IMG/VR virus record: IMGVR_UViG_3300009370_002257
Location: 16,477 to 80,476 of that record
Reading direction: 5' to 3' (one strand)
Length of the DNA: 64,000 nucleotides
Source of the DNA: a virus
Taxonomy: Duplodnaviria; Caudoviricetes
Shown: piece after piece, positions 55,046 to 64,000 of the stretch
Position numbering within the stretch: the stretch's first letter is position 1
Layout: every line of letters begins with the position of its first letter
Position numbers and translations under genes: made by a program
The notes under the pieces: model-generated
Told to the model about the DNA's origin: nothing
Databases searched by the model: none
Seen by the model: the letters and a program-made list of their open reading frames with translations, nothing else

Positions 55046-56188
55046 ATGGACAAAGAGCAAGCAAAAAATTCAATAAAGAAACTGCACTCCACAGCCTCAG
55101 AGCTAGAGAGTTCAGCAATAATTAACCTGTTTGAAATTGATGTATCAGATATTGCAATACAAGAATTACTTTACAAAAATAAAAACTTAATCCCTATCAA
55201 TGCTGATAAGATTTTTAGATTTCACAATAACCCAAAAATTATAGATAGCTCTATATGGTATAATGATGTTGAATATATCGGCGCGCCCATTAAAATAGAC
55301 GGGTTTGAATCTAGCTCCAAAGGAACTCTCCCTTCGCCAAAAATGTCGATTACAGCAAAAGAAGAAAGCATTCATAGTTTTCATTTATTAAAGCAATACA
55401 TTAGGGCCCTAGACAGTATGATTGGGGCGAAAGTCACACGGACGAGAACATTCGCGAAATATTTAGATTCAAAAAATTTTTACAGCACAGGCACAACCCC
55501 CCTTAACCCAGACGTCATTATACCCAAAGGTCTAGACCCAGACCCGAACGCTCATTTCCCGCTAGAAATTTATTATATAGAAAGGAAATCTTCGGAGAAT
55601 AAATTATTCATTGAATTCGAATTATCTTCCGCCCTAGCTCTAGAAGAAGTCAAGTTGCCCGCCAGAATCGTTACTTCAAACGCCTGCACTTGGACCTATA
55701 GGGGTGAGGGGTGCTGTTATGAGTATAAAAGTATAGGGTCTTCTGCGGTACATGGAGACGCAAGCCTACCGAACCATGCGCCGCCACTAGCTAATGAAAA
55801 AAATGAACTAATAGAAGAGCAGATAAGCGAATACGACCCAGCAGATTGGCGAGGGACCGTGCCCCCTTTGTGGAAAGGTAGTCAGGAGAATGGCGGGTCA
55901 TACAACAAGGGAACTGCTGTAAGAATTTTAGTGAAAGGCATCAATTATTATTTCGTTGCGAAATCTACCGTCCCACCAGATATCCCTCCTCCGAACGAAA
56001 AGTTTTGGATGCCCGACCAGTGTTCAAAAAAAATAACAGGCTGCAAATGGAGGTGGGGCACGTATAGTGCAACAACCACCCATGGAGCAGGCTCACCCCC
56101 GACACTTTCTGGTGGGGGAAATCCAAAGTCTGGACACTTACCTTTCGGGGGGTTCCCCGGGGTCACATCTGCGGCAGATTCGTTATGA
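55046..56188 (+). CDS. Lambda gpL-like tail tip protein
   Basis: INLFEID, GAKVTRTRTFAKYLD, YYIERKS, FELSSAL; CTWTYRGEGC and DQCSKKITGC Cys ligands. Confidence 0.85.
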   Translation: MDKEQAKNSIKKLHSTASELESSAIINLFEIDVSDIAIQELLYKNKNLIPINADKIFRFHNNPKIIDSSIWYNDVEYIGAPIKIDGFESSSKGTLPSPKMSITAKEESIHSFHLLKQYIRALDSMIGAKVTRTRTFAKYLDSKNFYSTGTTPLNPDVIIPKGLDPDPNAHFPLEIYYIERKSSENKLFIEFELSSALALEEVKLPARIVTSNACTWTYRGEGCCYEYKSIGSSAVHGDASLPNHAPPLANEKNELIEEQISEYDPADWRGTVPPLWKGSQENGGSYNKGTAVRILVKGINYYFVAKSTVPPDIPPPNEKFWMPDQCSKKITGCKWRWGTYSATTTHGAGSPPTLSGGGNPKSGHLPFGGFPGVTSAADSL

Positions 56189-56901
56189 TCTTAAATAAAT
56201 ACATCAAAAGAGAGATTAAAGCGCAAGCCCTAGAGAGCGAGCCCAAAGAATGCTGCGGCTTAGTAATTGACGTTCGCGGCAAGTTAGATATCTTTCCATG
56301 CACGAATTCCTCCATAGATAACGAAAAACACTTTAAGATATTGCCCGAAGAGTATATTAAAGCCAGTAGGATCGGGAAAGTAAAAGCTGTATATCATTCT
56401 CACTGTAATGACTTAGAAAATTTTTCTGAATTTGATAAACTGAACAGCCAAAACCATAACATAGAGTTCATATTGTATGTCATTAAGAATGATAACTTTC
56501 TTTCATATTTACCCAATTGCGAATACAATTCCTATGTGGGTAGGGAGCTTATCTTGGGCAGGCAAGACTGCGGCTCCCTAGTTAGAGATTTTTATAAAAA
56601 TGAATTAGATATTGAAATTAATGATTACGAAAGGGACGAGAGTTGGTTGGAAAACCCCCGAGACACCTTGGATAAATATTACGAAAAGGAAGGTTTTAAA
56701 AAGGTGGAAGACTTAAAACCCTTTGACTGCGTCTTTTTTAAGATGAGAAAGGTGGGCCCCTCATCTCACGTGGGCATATATTTGGGCAACGATTTACTCC
56801 TGCACCAAACGGGTGGTGTAAATGGTTATTCAAGGATAGAAGATTATACTCGTTGGCAAAAATTTACCAATTACGTGATAAGGCATAAGGATTTAAAATG
56901 A
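56185..56901 (+). CDS. Lambda gpK-like tail assembly protein (JAB/MPN plus NlpC/P60)
   Basis: ECCG, YHSH..SEFD; DCGSLVRDFY, HVGIY..LLH. Confidence 0.88.
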   Translation: MILNKYIKREIKAQALESEPKECCGLVIDVRGKLDIFPCTNSSIDNEKHFKILPEEYIKASRIGKVKAVYHSHCNDLENFSEFDKLNSQNHNIEFILYVIKNDNFLSYLPNCEYNSYVGRELILGRQDCGSLVRDFYKNELDIEINDYERDESWLENPRDTLDKYYEKEGFKKVEDLKPFDCVFFKMRKVGPSSHVGIYLGNDLLLHQTGGVNGYSRIEDYTRWQKFTNYVIRHKDLK

Positions 56902-57536
56902 ATGACGAATTAGTAGAAATAACTCTCCACGGAGCCTTGGGTGAGGCTGTCGGTGGGAAATGGAATATTTGCGTAAGCAGTATTCCCGAAGCTATGAGGG
57001 CTATACAAATAAATTCTCATGGTAAATTATTTCCTTATTTTTTTGAAGCACAAAAAAGAGAAGAGAAATATAAAATCTTAGTCGATAATAAAGAGGTGGA
57101 CGCTTCCGACATCGACCCCTCCGACTTTGAAAGCGTGTGTCAGTCAGAATTGATGTTGAACAGAAAACTCAAGAGGTTAGACATAGTTCCGGTTATTGAG
57201 GGCGGCATAGCGGCTCCGATATTAATGGGCATAGGTTTGATGGGCGCGGGCATGTTAGCTGGCTTACCCCTGTTAATAATGGTGGGCTTGGGGTTAGTAA
57301 TATCAGGCATGGCTAACTTATTGGCTAAGCCACCGGAATATGAAGAATTTAGAGAATTCACAGATGTGAAAACAAAAGGGTCTTATCTTTTCGCCGGCCC
57401 CCAAAACTCAGTAAAAGAGGGCGGCCCTGTTCCGATAGGTTATGGTAGGCTTTTAGTAGGCTCGCAATTGGTAGGCGCCTCTTATAATATTTCTTATGTA
57501 ACCGCAGAGGATACAACATCTCAAACTAGTAGTTAA
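56898..57536 (+). CDS. Lambda gpI-like tail assembly protein
   Basis: ITLHGALG, EAMRAI, IVPVIEGG, hydrophobic segment, SYLFAGPQN..GGPVPIGYGRLLVGS. Confidence 0.88.
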   Translation: MNDELVEITLHGALGEAVGGKWNICVSSIPEAMRAIQINSHGKLFPYFFEAQKREEKYKILVDNKEVDASDIDPSDFESVCQSELMLNRKLKRLDIVPVIEGGIAAPILMGIGLMGAGMLAGLPLLIMVGLGLVISGMANLLAKPPEYEEFREFTDVKTKGSYLFAGPQNSVKEGGPVPIGYGRLLVGSQLVGASYNISYVTAEDTTSQTSS

Positions 57537-57538
57537 TT

Positions 57539-60500
57539 ATGGCAGAAGAAGAAGCAGAAGGAATCTTGCACGCGGGCGTTAGGAAAACTTCCGTTAGTAC
57601 AATCAAGACTGTTGATCTCGTGTGTGAGGGCCCTATATCTGGGCTCGTAACTGAGGACTTCACCTTCCAAGGCACTGCTGGTAAAACTGGTTGGGATTCG
57701 GTGACGGTTGGTGCACAGTATAATAAATTAAGGTCTCTATACTTTAATGAAACCCCAGTTTTAAATGTTAATAACCGAGTTAACTTCCAACAGGTTGATG
57801 TAGATTCTTGCCCCGGGGAAGCAGACGGAGAAACAATTGCGGACGGCGTAGAACAATCAGTCTCCAAAACTAGAAATATAAGCGAAAGACTAAGGGGCCC
57901 GACATTTAATGACGCGGGACTTTTAGTGGGCGACGCAGATGCGTTCGCAAAGTATTATAGAATACTAAATACAAGATGCAATAAAGTAGTAGTCAATTTA
58001 AAGCTGGGGGCTTTTTCGAAAACCTCTCAAGAGCCCGGTGAGCAAGGAGATATTCAAGACACGACGGTAAGAATAACGATACAAAAAAGAGCTCTTTATA
58101 CAGATACCCAAGGAAACATTAAGAGTGCTCCAGCTTTTGAAAATGCGGCAGGAGGAGACATCATAGGCAAGATATCAAGCGCGTATATACAATCTTACCC
58201 AATCGACCTTTCCCTACCCGAAGATCAAAATTTCGTTGGCTGGGAAATAAAAGTTTATAGAACCACGGCTGAATCTACTTCTATATATTTAAAAAACCAA
58301 ACCTTCGTAGACAGTCTAACCGAACATTACGCCGACACTTTTTGTTACCCAAGCGCGGCGATGGTTTCCTCAGAATTCAAGGCGGAATATTTTTCAGATG
58401 TACCAAAGAGAGCTTTCGATTGCAGACTCAAAAAGGTTAGGATACCAAGCAACTACAACCACCTTACTAGAACCTATAGTGGGTCATGGGACGGAGTGTT
58501 TAAAAAAGATAGCAATGGAAAAATTATAGAAGAATGGACCGATAACCCAGCTTGGTGTTTCTATGACTTACTTACCAACAAAAGGTATGGGCTAGGTAAA
58601 TACATAGACGAAGACCTGATAGACAAGTGGACACTGTATGATATTTCTAGGTATTGTGACGTACTGGTTGATGACGGCTATGGAAGCTTAGAGCCTAGAT
58701 TTACTTGTAATTTATTAATCCAGAGCAGAGAAGAAGCTTTCAAGGTCGTAAACGACATGGCTAGTATTTTTAGGGCTATAGCTTTTTACTCTGCGGGCGG
58801 AATACATACTATACAAGATTCAGAAAAAAACCCCGTATACAGCTTTACGAATGCAAATGTTAAAGACGGAGACTTTACTTACTCCAATAGCGCGAAGAAA
58901 GTTAGGCATACAGTCGCTATGGTAAGATATAATGATAAGAGAAATTTTTACAAGCCAGCCGTAGAATACATTGAAGAAGTCGACGGGGTGAGAAGGTACG
59001 GGATAAGAGAAAAAGAAGTGACAGCCTTTGGTTGTTCAAGTCGGGGGCAGGCCCTACGTTTTGGCAGGTGGATTTTATATACTGAGAATCTAGAAACAGA
59101 AACGGTTAGTTTTATTGCGGGTACGGAAGGTGCATATCTACGTCCCGGAGACGTCGTAAAAATTTACGACAACAACATCAGAACAGAAAGAAGAGGGGGC
59201 AGAATAGAGTCGGTTAGTTACGATACGACAGCAAAAACTACGACGGTAGTATTAGACTCTAAATTAAATAATATCATAGGGGATACAACTCCTAGGCAAT
59301 ATTATCATTTTGATTTATTAACACCCAGCTATACTTATTATGCGTCACTTATTGATGGGCTAACCAGTGCGGACTCAGAAGACGTAAGGAGAGCTCAGGT
59401 ACAAAATTTTTCATTTAGTTATGCCGACACGTCTACCATAAATAATTCCCTAGGAGAAGAAAGAACTCAAATCGTACTCCCAAGGCTAATAGATTATACA
59501 GACTATATGGTGACTGGCGGACAGGTCTGGACCTCCTACCCCTCAGGGACAAGCCTTGTTAGCTCAAATATAAATGAAGCCGCCAACATAGCAGAAACTT
59601 TCCGGGTAGTAAATATCCAAGAATCTGAAACTAATGAATACGCCATACAGGCGGTAGAATACAACCCGATTAAATACGCAGCTATAGAGTCTGGATTAAG
59701 TTTTGATGATACTACATTCTCTGTAATACCATATGCGCCAAGTAATCTTTCAACAGAAATAGTGACGCCGCAAGGAACAAGTCATACAAAATATCTTAAA
59801 TATACAATAACTGCGCCGACCACAACATCGTGTGCTTGCACCTCCCCCCTGCAGGGGCTTTATAACTATTACGTTTACGCCAAAAAGGGGACGAAGTGGT
59901 TTAAGTCCGACTTTAACCAGAACTATGCAGAGTATCAAGGAATAACTGCGGGTGCGTCAAACGATACCGAGGTTACGGATGCTTCAAAAATACCGAACGC
60001 AAGCTACCGAATAGGTGTTTTGGATAAAGACGTGCTGGTCGGACAATACGTTCCATTCGAGGGCGGAAGATATGCACTAAAAGCCTTCTCGGCGAATGCC
60101 GAGGGCGGGACGAGCAACAGCATCAGTACGGTGAGTAATGAAATCCCGCCAATTAACCCCGTGCTAGATACCACGATTACTAACCTGAGATTATCTAACG
60201 ACACGGACACAACAAACGATGCAGGCAAAAATGACGGCGCGCTCGATAATTTTAAAGGTTATACGAGTCCGGAATTTAAATGGACTTTTTCCCTAGTCGG
60301 GCAAACACTAAGTAATCTTTCTGCTAATTATTTTTACAGACTCACGGTAAGAAAAACTAATGACGGATCTAATAGTCCGAAGGTCGGTTCTTCGAATATC
60401 CTTTACGAAAAAGCTAATATAAGCAGCACCAATGCAGGCTCGCAAATTGATTTATCCCAAGCGTTTTCATTCACAGATAATATCGCCAGCGCTGGAGGAC

Positions 60501-62008
60501 CACATAGAAAATTTGATGTAGTGGTCGAAGCTCATACGTCGACAAATTCTAGCTCAGCGAACAGTAATGCCGCAGCGTTTAGTTCTACGGTAGATTCTTC
60601 TTATAATCATTCTCAAGGCTACGATATTTTAACGGTTGAAAACAAACAAATATCTAAAGATGATCTGAATTTAGGCGCAGACAATACTCACTCCTCGATG
60701 AACGCGGAGATTTTCTTCCAAATAGCAGAGCCTAGAGGACAAGTGAAAATAGTATTCACAAAATGTGCGGTTTCAGATGTTCAAGGTGGGTTCGTATTTT
60801 TAAGCGCAAGGAATTTTGCCCTGAGCGAAGTAGAGGGCAAAGCCCTACCTTCTGATGTACAGGCGATAAGATTTAACTCTGCAATTTCCACCGGAAGTAT
60901 ACTCGAAGTATTACCCAACAACACCATCCGGGATGCGAGTAAAGTTTATGTCGCTATTGGTTTATTCGATACGTTTGACAAGCAAAGGGAAACTGATGAC
61001 TCAGCATTTGGGGAAGAAGAACTAAGAAAATCCATACTAGTGCAAGGGGTAAGCAACGCCCCCTTAGAAGTCTCCAAAAGCGCAAGCGTGTCAGAGACCG
61101 TTGGGCAAGGGTTTAAGCATTGGATAAGAATAAATCTAAATGGAAGCTGGTATGGGCAAGGTATTAAGCGTGTTGTCGAGCTAGACCCAAGCGACTCAGA
61201 TTCAAACTCTAATGTTTCTACGCATGATAGATATCAACCTTGGCACTACAAAAATTTTGTAGGGTTTAGGGGGTATGCTTGCAGTTTTTCAAGAACTTAT
61301 ATTCAACTAGAAACCGACCAAGGCACGACTGCCTCCTTAAAGTTTTATGACCACAAGAAAAATGACGGGACCTATATTACTTACCTACAGAACTGGTTTT
61401 GCGGGACTACGTATACAGAGCACGACCAAGCGCTACAAACATATTTGGACGGACTAAGATCAACTCATGGTTATGATTCCACCAAAACTGACCATGATAT
61501 AATCAAGCTGCATGGTTATCCCGCAAACCACAGGATGAAAGGTGGCTCAAGGACAAGTAAAAAGGTTGGCTTCAAAAGATATAGAGTATTTTTCGACGCA
61601 GACAATAAGCCCGTAGATGATAAATATGCAATCATGGGAATATGCACAGACAATCAGCCTTATATTCCATACTTAGCCGGTTCGAATATGGGTTCAGGCC
61701 CAGAAGGCAGCATGCCGGTTCACCAAAGCGATTGGGACGCAGATACGTATGCTGATTGGAATGGTATAATTGAAGCAATTTATGGATATGACCTAGCAAA
61801 CACGCCGTACATGGGAGATATACCCGGGCAATATAGACACCATTCCGCAGGTTTCGGTCAAGGCTGGGGAGGGTTATTGAAAAAAGAAAATTACTTTGAC
61901 GTTCACATGGGGTGGCTTATAGATAGTAGCTACCTGACAGACGCGTTCTTTGCGGTGGTGGAAACCGCAACAGATTCGAATGATTTCACTGCAAAGGAAA
62001 ATTGGTAA
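57539..62008 (+). CDS. Lambda gpJ-like central tail fibre / host-specificity protein
   Basis: DLVCEGPI, WTDNPAWCFYDLLTNKRYG, EPRFTCN, GCSSRGQALRFGRW, LRPGDVVKIYD; long divergent C-terminus. Confidence 0.92.
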   Translation: MAEEEAEGILHAGVRKTSVSTIKTVDLVCEGPISGLVTEDFTFQGTAGKTGWDSVTVGAQYNKLRSLYFNETPVLNVNNRVNFQQVDVDSCPGEADGETIADGVEQSVSKTRNISERLRGPTFNDAGLLVGDADAFAKYYRILNTRCNKVVVNLKLGAFSKTSQEPGEQGDIQDTTVRITIQKRALYTDTQGNIKSAPAFENAAGGDIIGKISSAYIQSYPIDLSLPEDQNFVGWEIKVYRTTAESTSIYLKNQTFVDSLTEHYADTFCYPSAAMVSSEFKAEYFSDVPKRAFDCRLKKVRIPSNYNHLTRTYSGSWDGVFKKDSNGKIIEEWTDNPAWCFYDLLTNKRYGLGKYIDEDLIDKWTLYDISRYCDVLVDDGYGSLEPRFTCNLLIQSREEAFKVVNDMASIFRAIAFYSAGGIHTIQDSEKNPVYSFTNANVKDGDFTYSNSAKKVRHTVAMVRYNDKRNFYKPAVEYIEEVDGVRRYGIREKEVTAFGCSSRGQALRFGRWILYTENLETETVSFIAGTEGAYLRPGDVVKIYDNNIRTERRGGRIESVSYDTTAKTTTVVLDSKLNNIIGDTTPRQYYHFDLLTPSYTYYASLIDGLTSADSEDVRRAQVQNFSFSYADTSTINNSLGEERTQIVLPRLIDYTDYMVTGGQVWTSYPSGTSLVSSNINEAANIAETFRVVNIQESETNEYAIQAVEYNPIKYAAIESGLSFDDTTFSVIPYAPSNLSTEIVTPQGTSHTKYLKYTITAPTTTSCACTSPLQGLYNYYVYAKKGTKWFKSDFNQNYAEYQGITAGASNDTEVTDASKIPNASYRIGVLDKDVLVGQYVPFEGGRYALKAFSANAEGGTSNSISTVSNEIPPINPVLDTTITNLRLSNDTDTTNDAGKNDGALDNFKGYTSPEFKWTFSLVGQTLSNLSANYFYRLTVRKTNDGSNSPKVGSSNILYEKANISSTNAGSQIDLSQAFSFTDNIASAGGPHRKFDVVVEAHTSTNSSSANSNAAAFSSTVDSSYNHSQGYDILTVENKQISKDDLNLGADNTHSSMNAEIFFQIAEPRGQVKIVFTKCAVSDVQGGFVFLSARNFALSEVEGKALPSDVQAIRFNSAISTGSILEVLPNNTIRDASKVYVAIGLFDTFDKQRETDDSAFGEEELRKSILVQGVSNAPLEVSKSASVSETVGQGFKHWIRINLNGSWYGQGIKRVVELDPSDSDSNSNVSTHDRYQPWHYKNFVGFRGYACSFSRTYIQLETDQGTTASLKFYDHKKNDGTYITYLQNWFCGTTYTEHDQALQTYLDGLRSTHGYDSTKTDHDIIKLHGYPANHRMKGGSRTSKKVGFKRYRVFFDADNKPVDDKYAIMGICTDNQPYIPYLAGSNMGSGPEGSMPVHQSDWDADTYADWNGIIEAIYGYDLANTPYMGDIPGQYRHHSAGFGQGWGGLLKKENYFDVHMGWLIDSSYLTDAFFAVVETATDSNDFTAKENW

Positions 62009-62755
62009 ATGAATAATATTCTATTAGTTTTTTTTATTGACGGCTCAAAGTTGGCGGTCTCATTTCCGCTATCTGTCGGGCTAGACGAGGCGCTAGCTGA
62101 ATCGCAAGACCTATTTGGTGATAGAGAAATAAAAAAATATTTTTATATAAGCAACTCCAAAATAGGGGCTTCAACTCTACAAAATTACGCCACCCTGACA
62201 GAAGACAATCAAATAAAACTTAATCATAAGGATGACTTAATAGATCAATATTTAATTTACATAAGAAATACAAGAGATAATTTACTTAAAAATTTAGATG
62301 TTCAATTCATGAGGGCTATTGAAGATGACTGTGAAGAATGTAAAAATCATATAGTAAAAATTAAAAGACATTTAAGAATTTTGCCAGATATTGCCGAGCA
62401 ACACATGGAATCCATGGACCCCAAAAAGGCCCTGAAATATAATGCTTTTGGCAATATATATGAATCCTTGGTAGTCAAGGGGGGGTCAGGCTACAAAAGC
62501 GCCCCAGAAGTCCATATAGAGCCCCCTACGGGGCAATACGAAGGCGTCAGGGCTACAGCTATAGCCTTATTAGATGGAGATGAGGTGGCTAAAGTCGAGA
62601 TAATTGACCCCGGAGCAGGGTATTCGAAAAGACCGCAGATAACGATTAGTGCGCCCGAGGATGGGGAGTGTGCTTTGGCTGTCGTTGCTCCGCCAGAGAA
62701 TAGCTTTGCCTCAGTTGCCGCGTCCGAAACGGTAACTCTAAATGGTTACTCATAA
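62009..62755 (+). CDS. Tail fibre assembly-like protein with GGSGY..P repeats
   Basis: IRNTRDNLLKNLDVQFMRA..LRILP; GGSGYKSAPEVHI and PGAGYSKRPQITI repeats. Confidence 0.6.
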   Translation: MNNILLVFFIDGSKLAVSFPLSVGLDEALAESQDLFGDREIKKYFYISNSKIGASTLQNYATLTEDNQIKLNHKDDLIDQYLIYIRNTRDNLLKNLDVQFMRAIEDDCEECKNHIVKIKRHLRILPDIAEQHMESMDPKKALKYNAFGNIYESLVVKGGSGYKSAPEVHIEPPTGQYEGVRATAIALLDGDEVAKVEIIDPGAGYSKRPQITISAPEDGECALAVVAPPENSFASVAASETVTLNGYS

Positions 62756-63999
62756 AGGAGGCCGCCCGGTCTCTTCTGCTCAATGATAGTTGTAAGGACT
62801 GCCGAATTAACTTTCTCTGCAAGCTGCTTTGTTCTTTCCTCCTCAGACACGGCAGAACCTCTCGAAGAAGCGTTAACCGAACTAATCGCTGACCCATCTT
62901 TATCTACATTAACAGTTATGTTGATGTTGTTCGTCATTTCGCCAGCGACGCCGCCCACGCCTCCAGCTTGAGGCTTGGTCTCTCCAACGTAACCGCCGGT
63001 TCTGTATCTATTTGCATTTAACTGCTCGAAAAAATCTACTCCATATTTGCCGACAGAGTCTTTATTGATAACGTACTCGCCGCCGGTTAATAATGCTGGA
63101 ACATTATCTCCGCCGTACATCATGCCTCCTCTATTTCTTTTTTGCCCTGTAACGCCCGGGGCCCTAAAGGGCGTGCGACCAAGCTTTCCTTCGCCGCTTA
63201 AGAAACCTTTCCATCCAAGACTTTGCTGGCTTATTGGATCGTAAGAGAGCGCATTCCATCCACGTTTTCCGCCAGCCATCTTTGCGTTCGTACTGCTCAT
63301 CCAAGAGGCCATGCCCTCGTTACCGTACGCGTTGCTACCGATCTTGTTCCCGAAGTCTCCTTGAACATCCATTTCAGCAAATTTGCTATAGCCTCCGAGC
63401 ATATTTTCTTGATGTAAAGCATCTGCGCCGCCAACGCCAGTAAATGTATCTATTTGACCCAGAGTATAACCATCATTCAGCCTATCACCCACGAATTTCA
63501 TGTTGCGACCCGCCTCTGTATGACCCTGTCTGATAAGCCAATTCCCAGCTGTATCATGATCTCCCGGCTTTGCGTTTCCAGCTTCTATTCTACCCATGGC
63601 TGCCTTGGCTGAGTTAGCCCTCATGTTATTACCGATATTCATCAGTCCAGAGGCTACTGCATGCATGCCGATCTGCATGACTGCGCCAATCATCATATTC
63701 CTCGCGCGCTTTTTCTTTTGCTCGTGGAACTTTTTGAGCGTCTCTTGGTAGTCGGCTTGATGCGCTGCGTGATCCATGAAATAATCATGAAGAGACTGTT
63801 CTAGCTCGTCACGGATTGCGTTTTGTGGATTGTCATCGCTCTGTAAGGCGAGGGCAGAAAGCCTTGGGTCGGTATTAATCACGCCCATGCCGGGTCTCTT
63901 ATCGTCATCCAATAAAAATTCATTAGCAAGTAAAATAGAAGCGCCGCGCGGCTTTTCAATATATTTACTTTGCATACCCCTCTCGGAAATTATCTTCTC
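62746..63999 (-). CDS. Tape measure protein-like C-terminal part, 5'-truncated by the window edge
   Basis: Frame open to the window end; GGMMYGGDNVPALLTGGEYVI, GGYVG and NNINITVNV motifs of tape measure C-termini. Confidence 0.75.
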   Translation of the reverse strand, partial: EKIISERGMQSKYIEKPRGASILLANEFLLDDDKRPGMGVINTDPRLSALALQSDDNPQNAIRDELEQSLHDYFMDHAAHQADYQETLKKFHEQKKKRARNMMIGAVMQIGMHAVASGLMNIGNNMRANSAKAAMGRIEAGNAKPGDHDTAGNWLIRQGHTEAGRNMKFVGDRLNDGYTLGQIDTFTGVGGADALHQENMLGGYSKFAEMDVQGDFGNKIGSNAYGNEGMASWMSSTNAKMAGGKRGWNALSYDPISQQSLGWKGFLSGEGKLGRTPFRAPGVTGQKRNRGGMMYGGDNVPALLTGGEYVINKDSVGKYGVDFFEQLNANRYRTGGYVGETKPQAGGVGGVAGEMTNNINITVNVDKDGSAISSVNASSRGSAVSEEERTKQLAEKVNSAVLTTIIEQKRPGGLLYE

Positions 64000-64000
64000 A

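Noticed and set aside
54409-62755. Phase-variable invertible tail segment
   Set aside because: No inverted repeats at the boundaries, no recombinase gene, and the right boundary is an overlap of two stop regions.
129-63443. Many short ORFs nested in or antisense to well-supported genes
   Set aside because: They are fully overlapped by motif-bearing genes and have no independent signals, so they were treated as shadow ORFs.
1-64000. Alternative genetic code or eukaryotic giant virus origin
   Set aside because: Long ORFs are intact in the standard code. Sigma70-type promoters, coupled operons, DnaE/DnaB and a lambda-type tail indicate a bacteriophage.

Overview
This 64-kb window is part of a large dsDNA tailed bacteriophage genome with a lambda-like siphovirus tail tip, read in the standard genetic code. 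It has four parts. (1) 1-15.8 kb: accessory and nucleotide-metabolism genes, including a signal peptidase I, a secreted trypsin-like protease, fcl, a 2OG-Fe(II) oxygenase, dUTPase, dCMP deaminase, dNMP kinase, a sigma factor and nrdAB. (2) 15.9-33.8 kb: a large glycan-biosynthesis cluster of glycosyltransferases (GTs), methyltransferases and nucleotide-sugar enzymes, with more GT genes elsewhere (about 12 GT-like genes in the window). (3) 31.8-46.1 kb: a replication/recombination core with RecA-like, DnaB, primase, a Cas4-like nuclease, a Pol III alpha split into PHP, exonuclease and catalytic genes, SSB-like and Rad52-like genes. (4) 46.1-64 kb: a tail module with IPT/LamG proteins, gpM-L-K-I-J-like genes and the 3' end of a tape-measure-like gene. 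The strongest unexplained signal is a ~350-nt, densely helical non-coding RNA candidate (5475-5829, minus strand) with its own sigma70-type promoter and terminator; I could not assign it to a known family. Other highlights are a NrdB with class Ic signatures (no radical Tyr), two recurring promoter motifs (TTGACN-N5-GTAA-N8-[-10], mostly leaderless, and GTGTAAWT), a palindrome over the promoter and start codon of the glycan cluster, a GT9 split across two genes, and a GT embedded in the tail module. All assignments come from motif recognition by eye; no database searches or folding programs were run.
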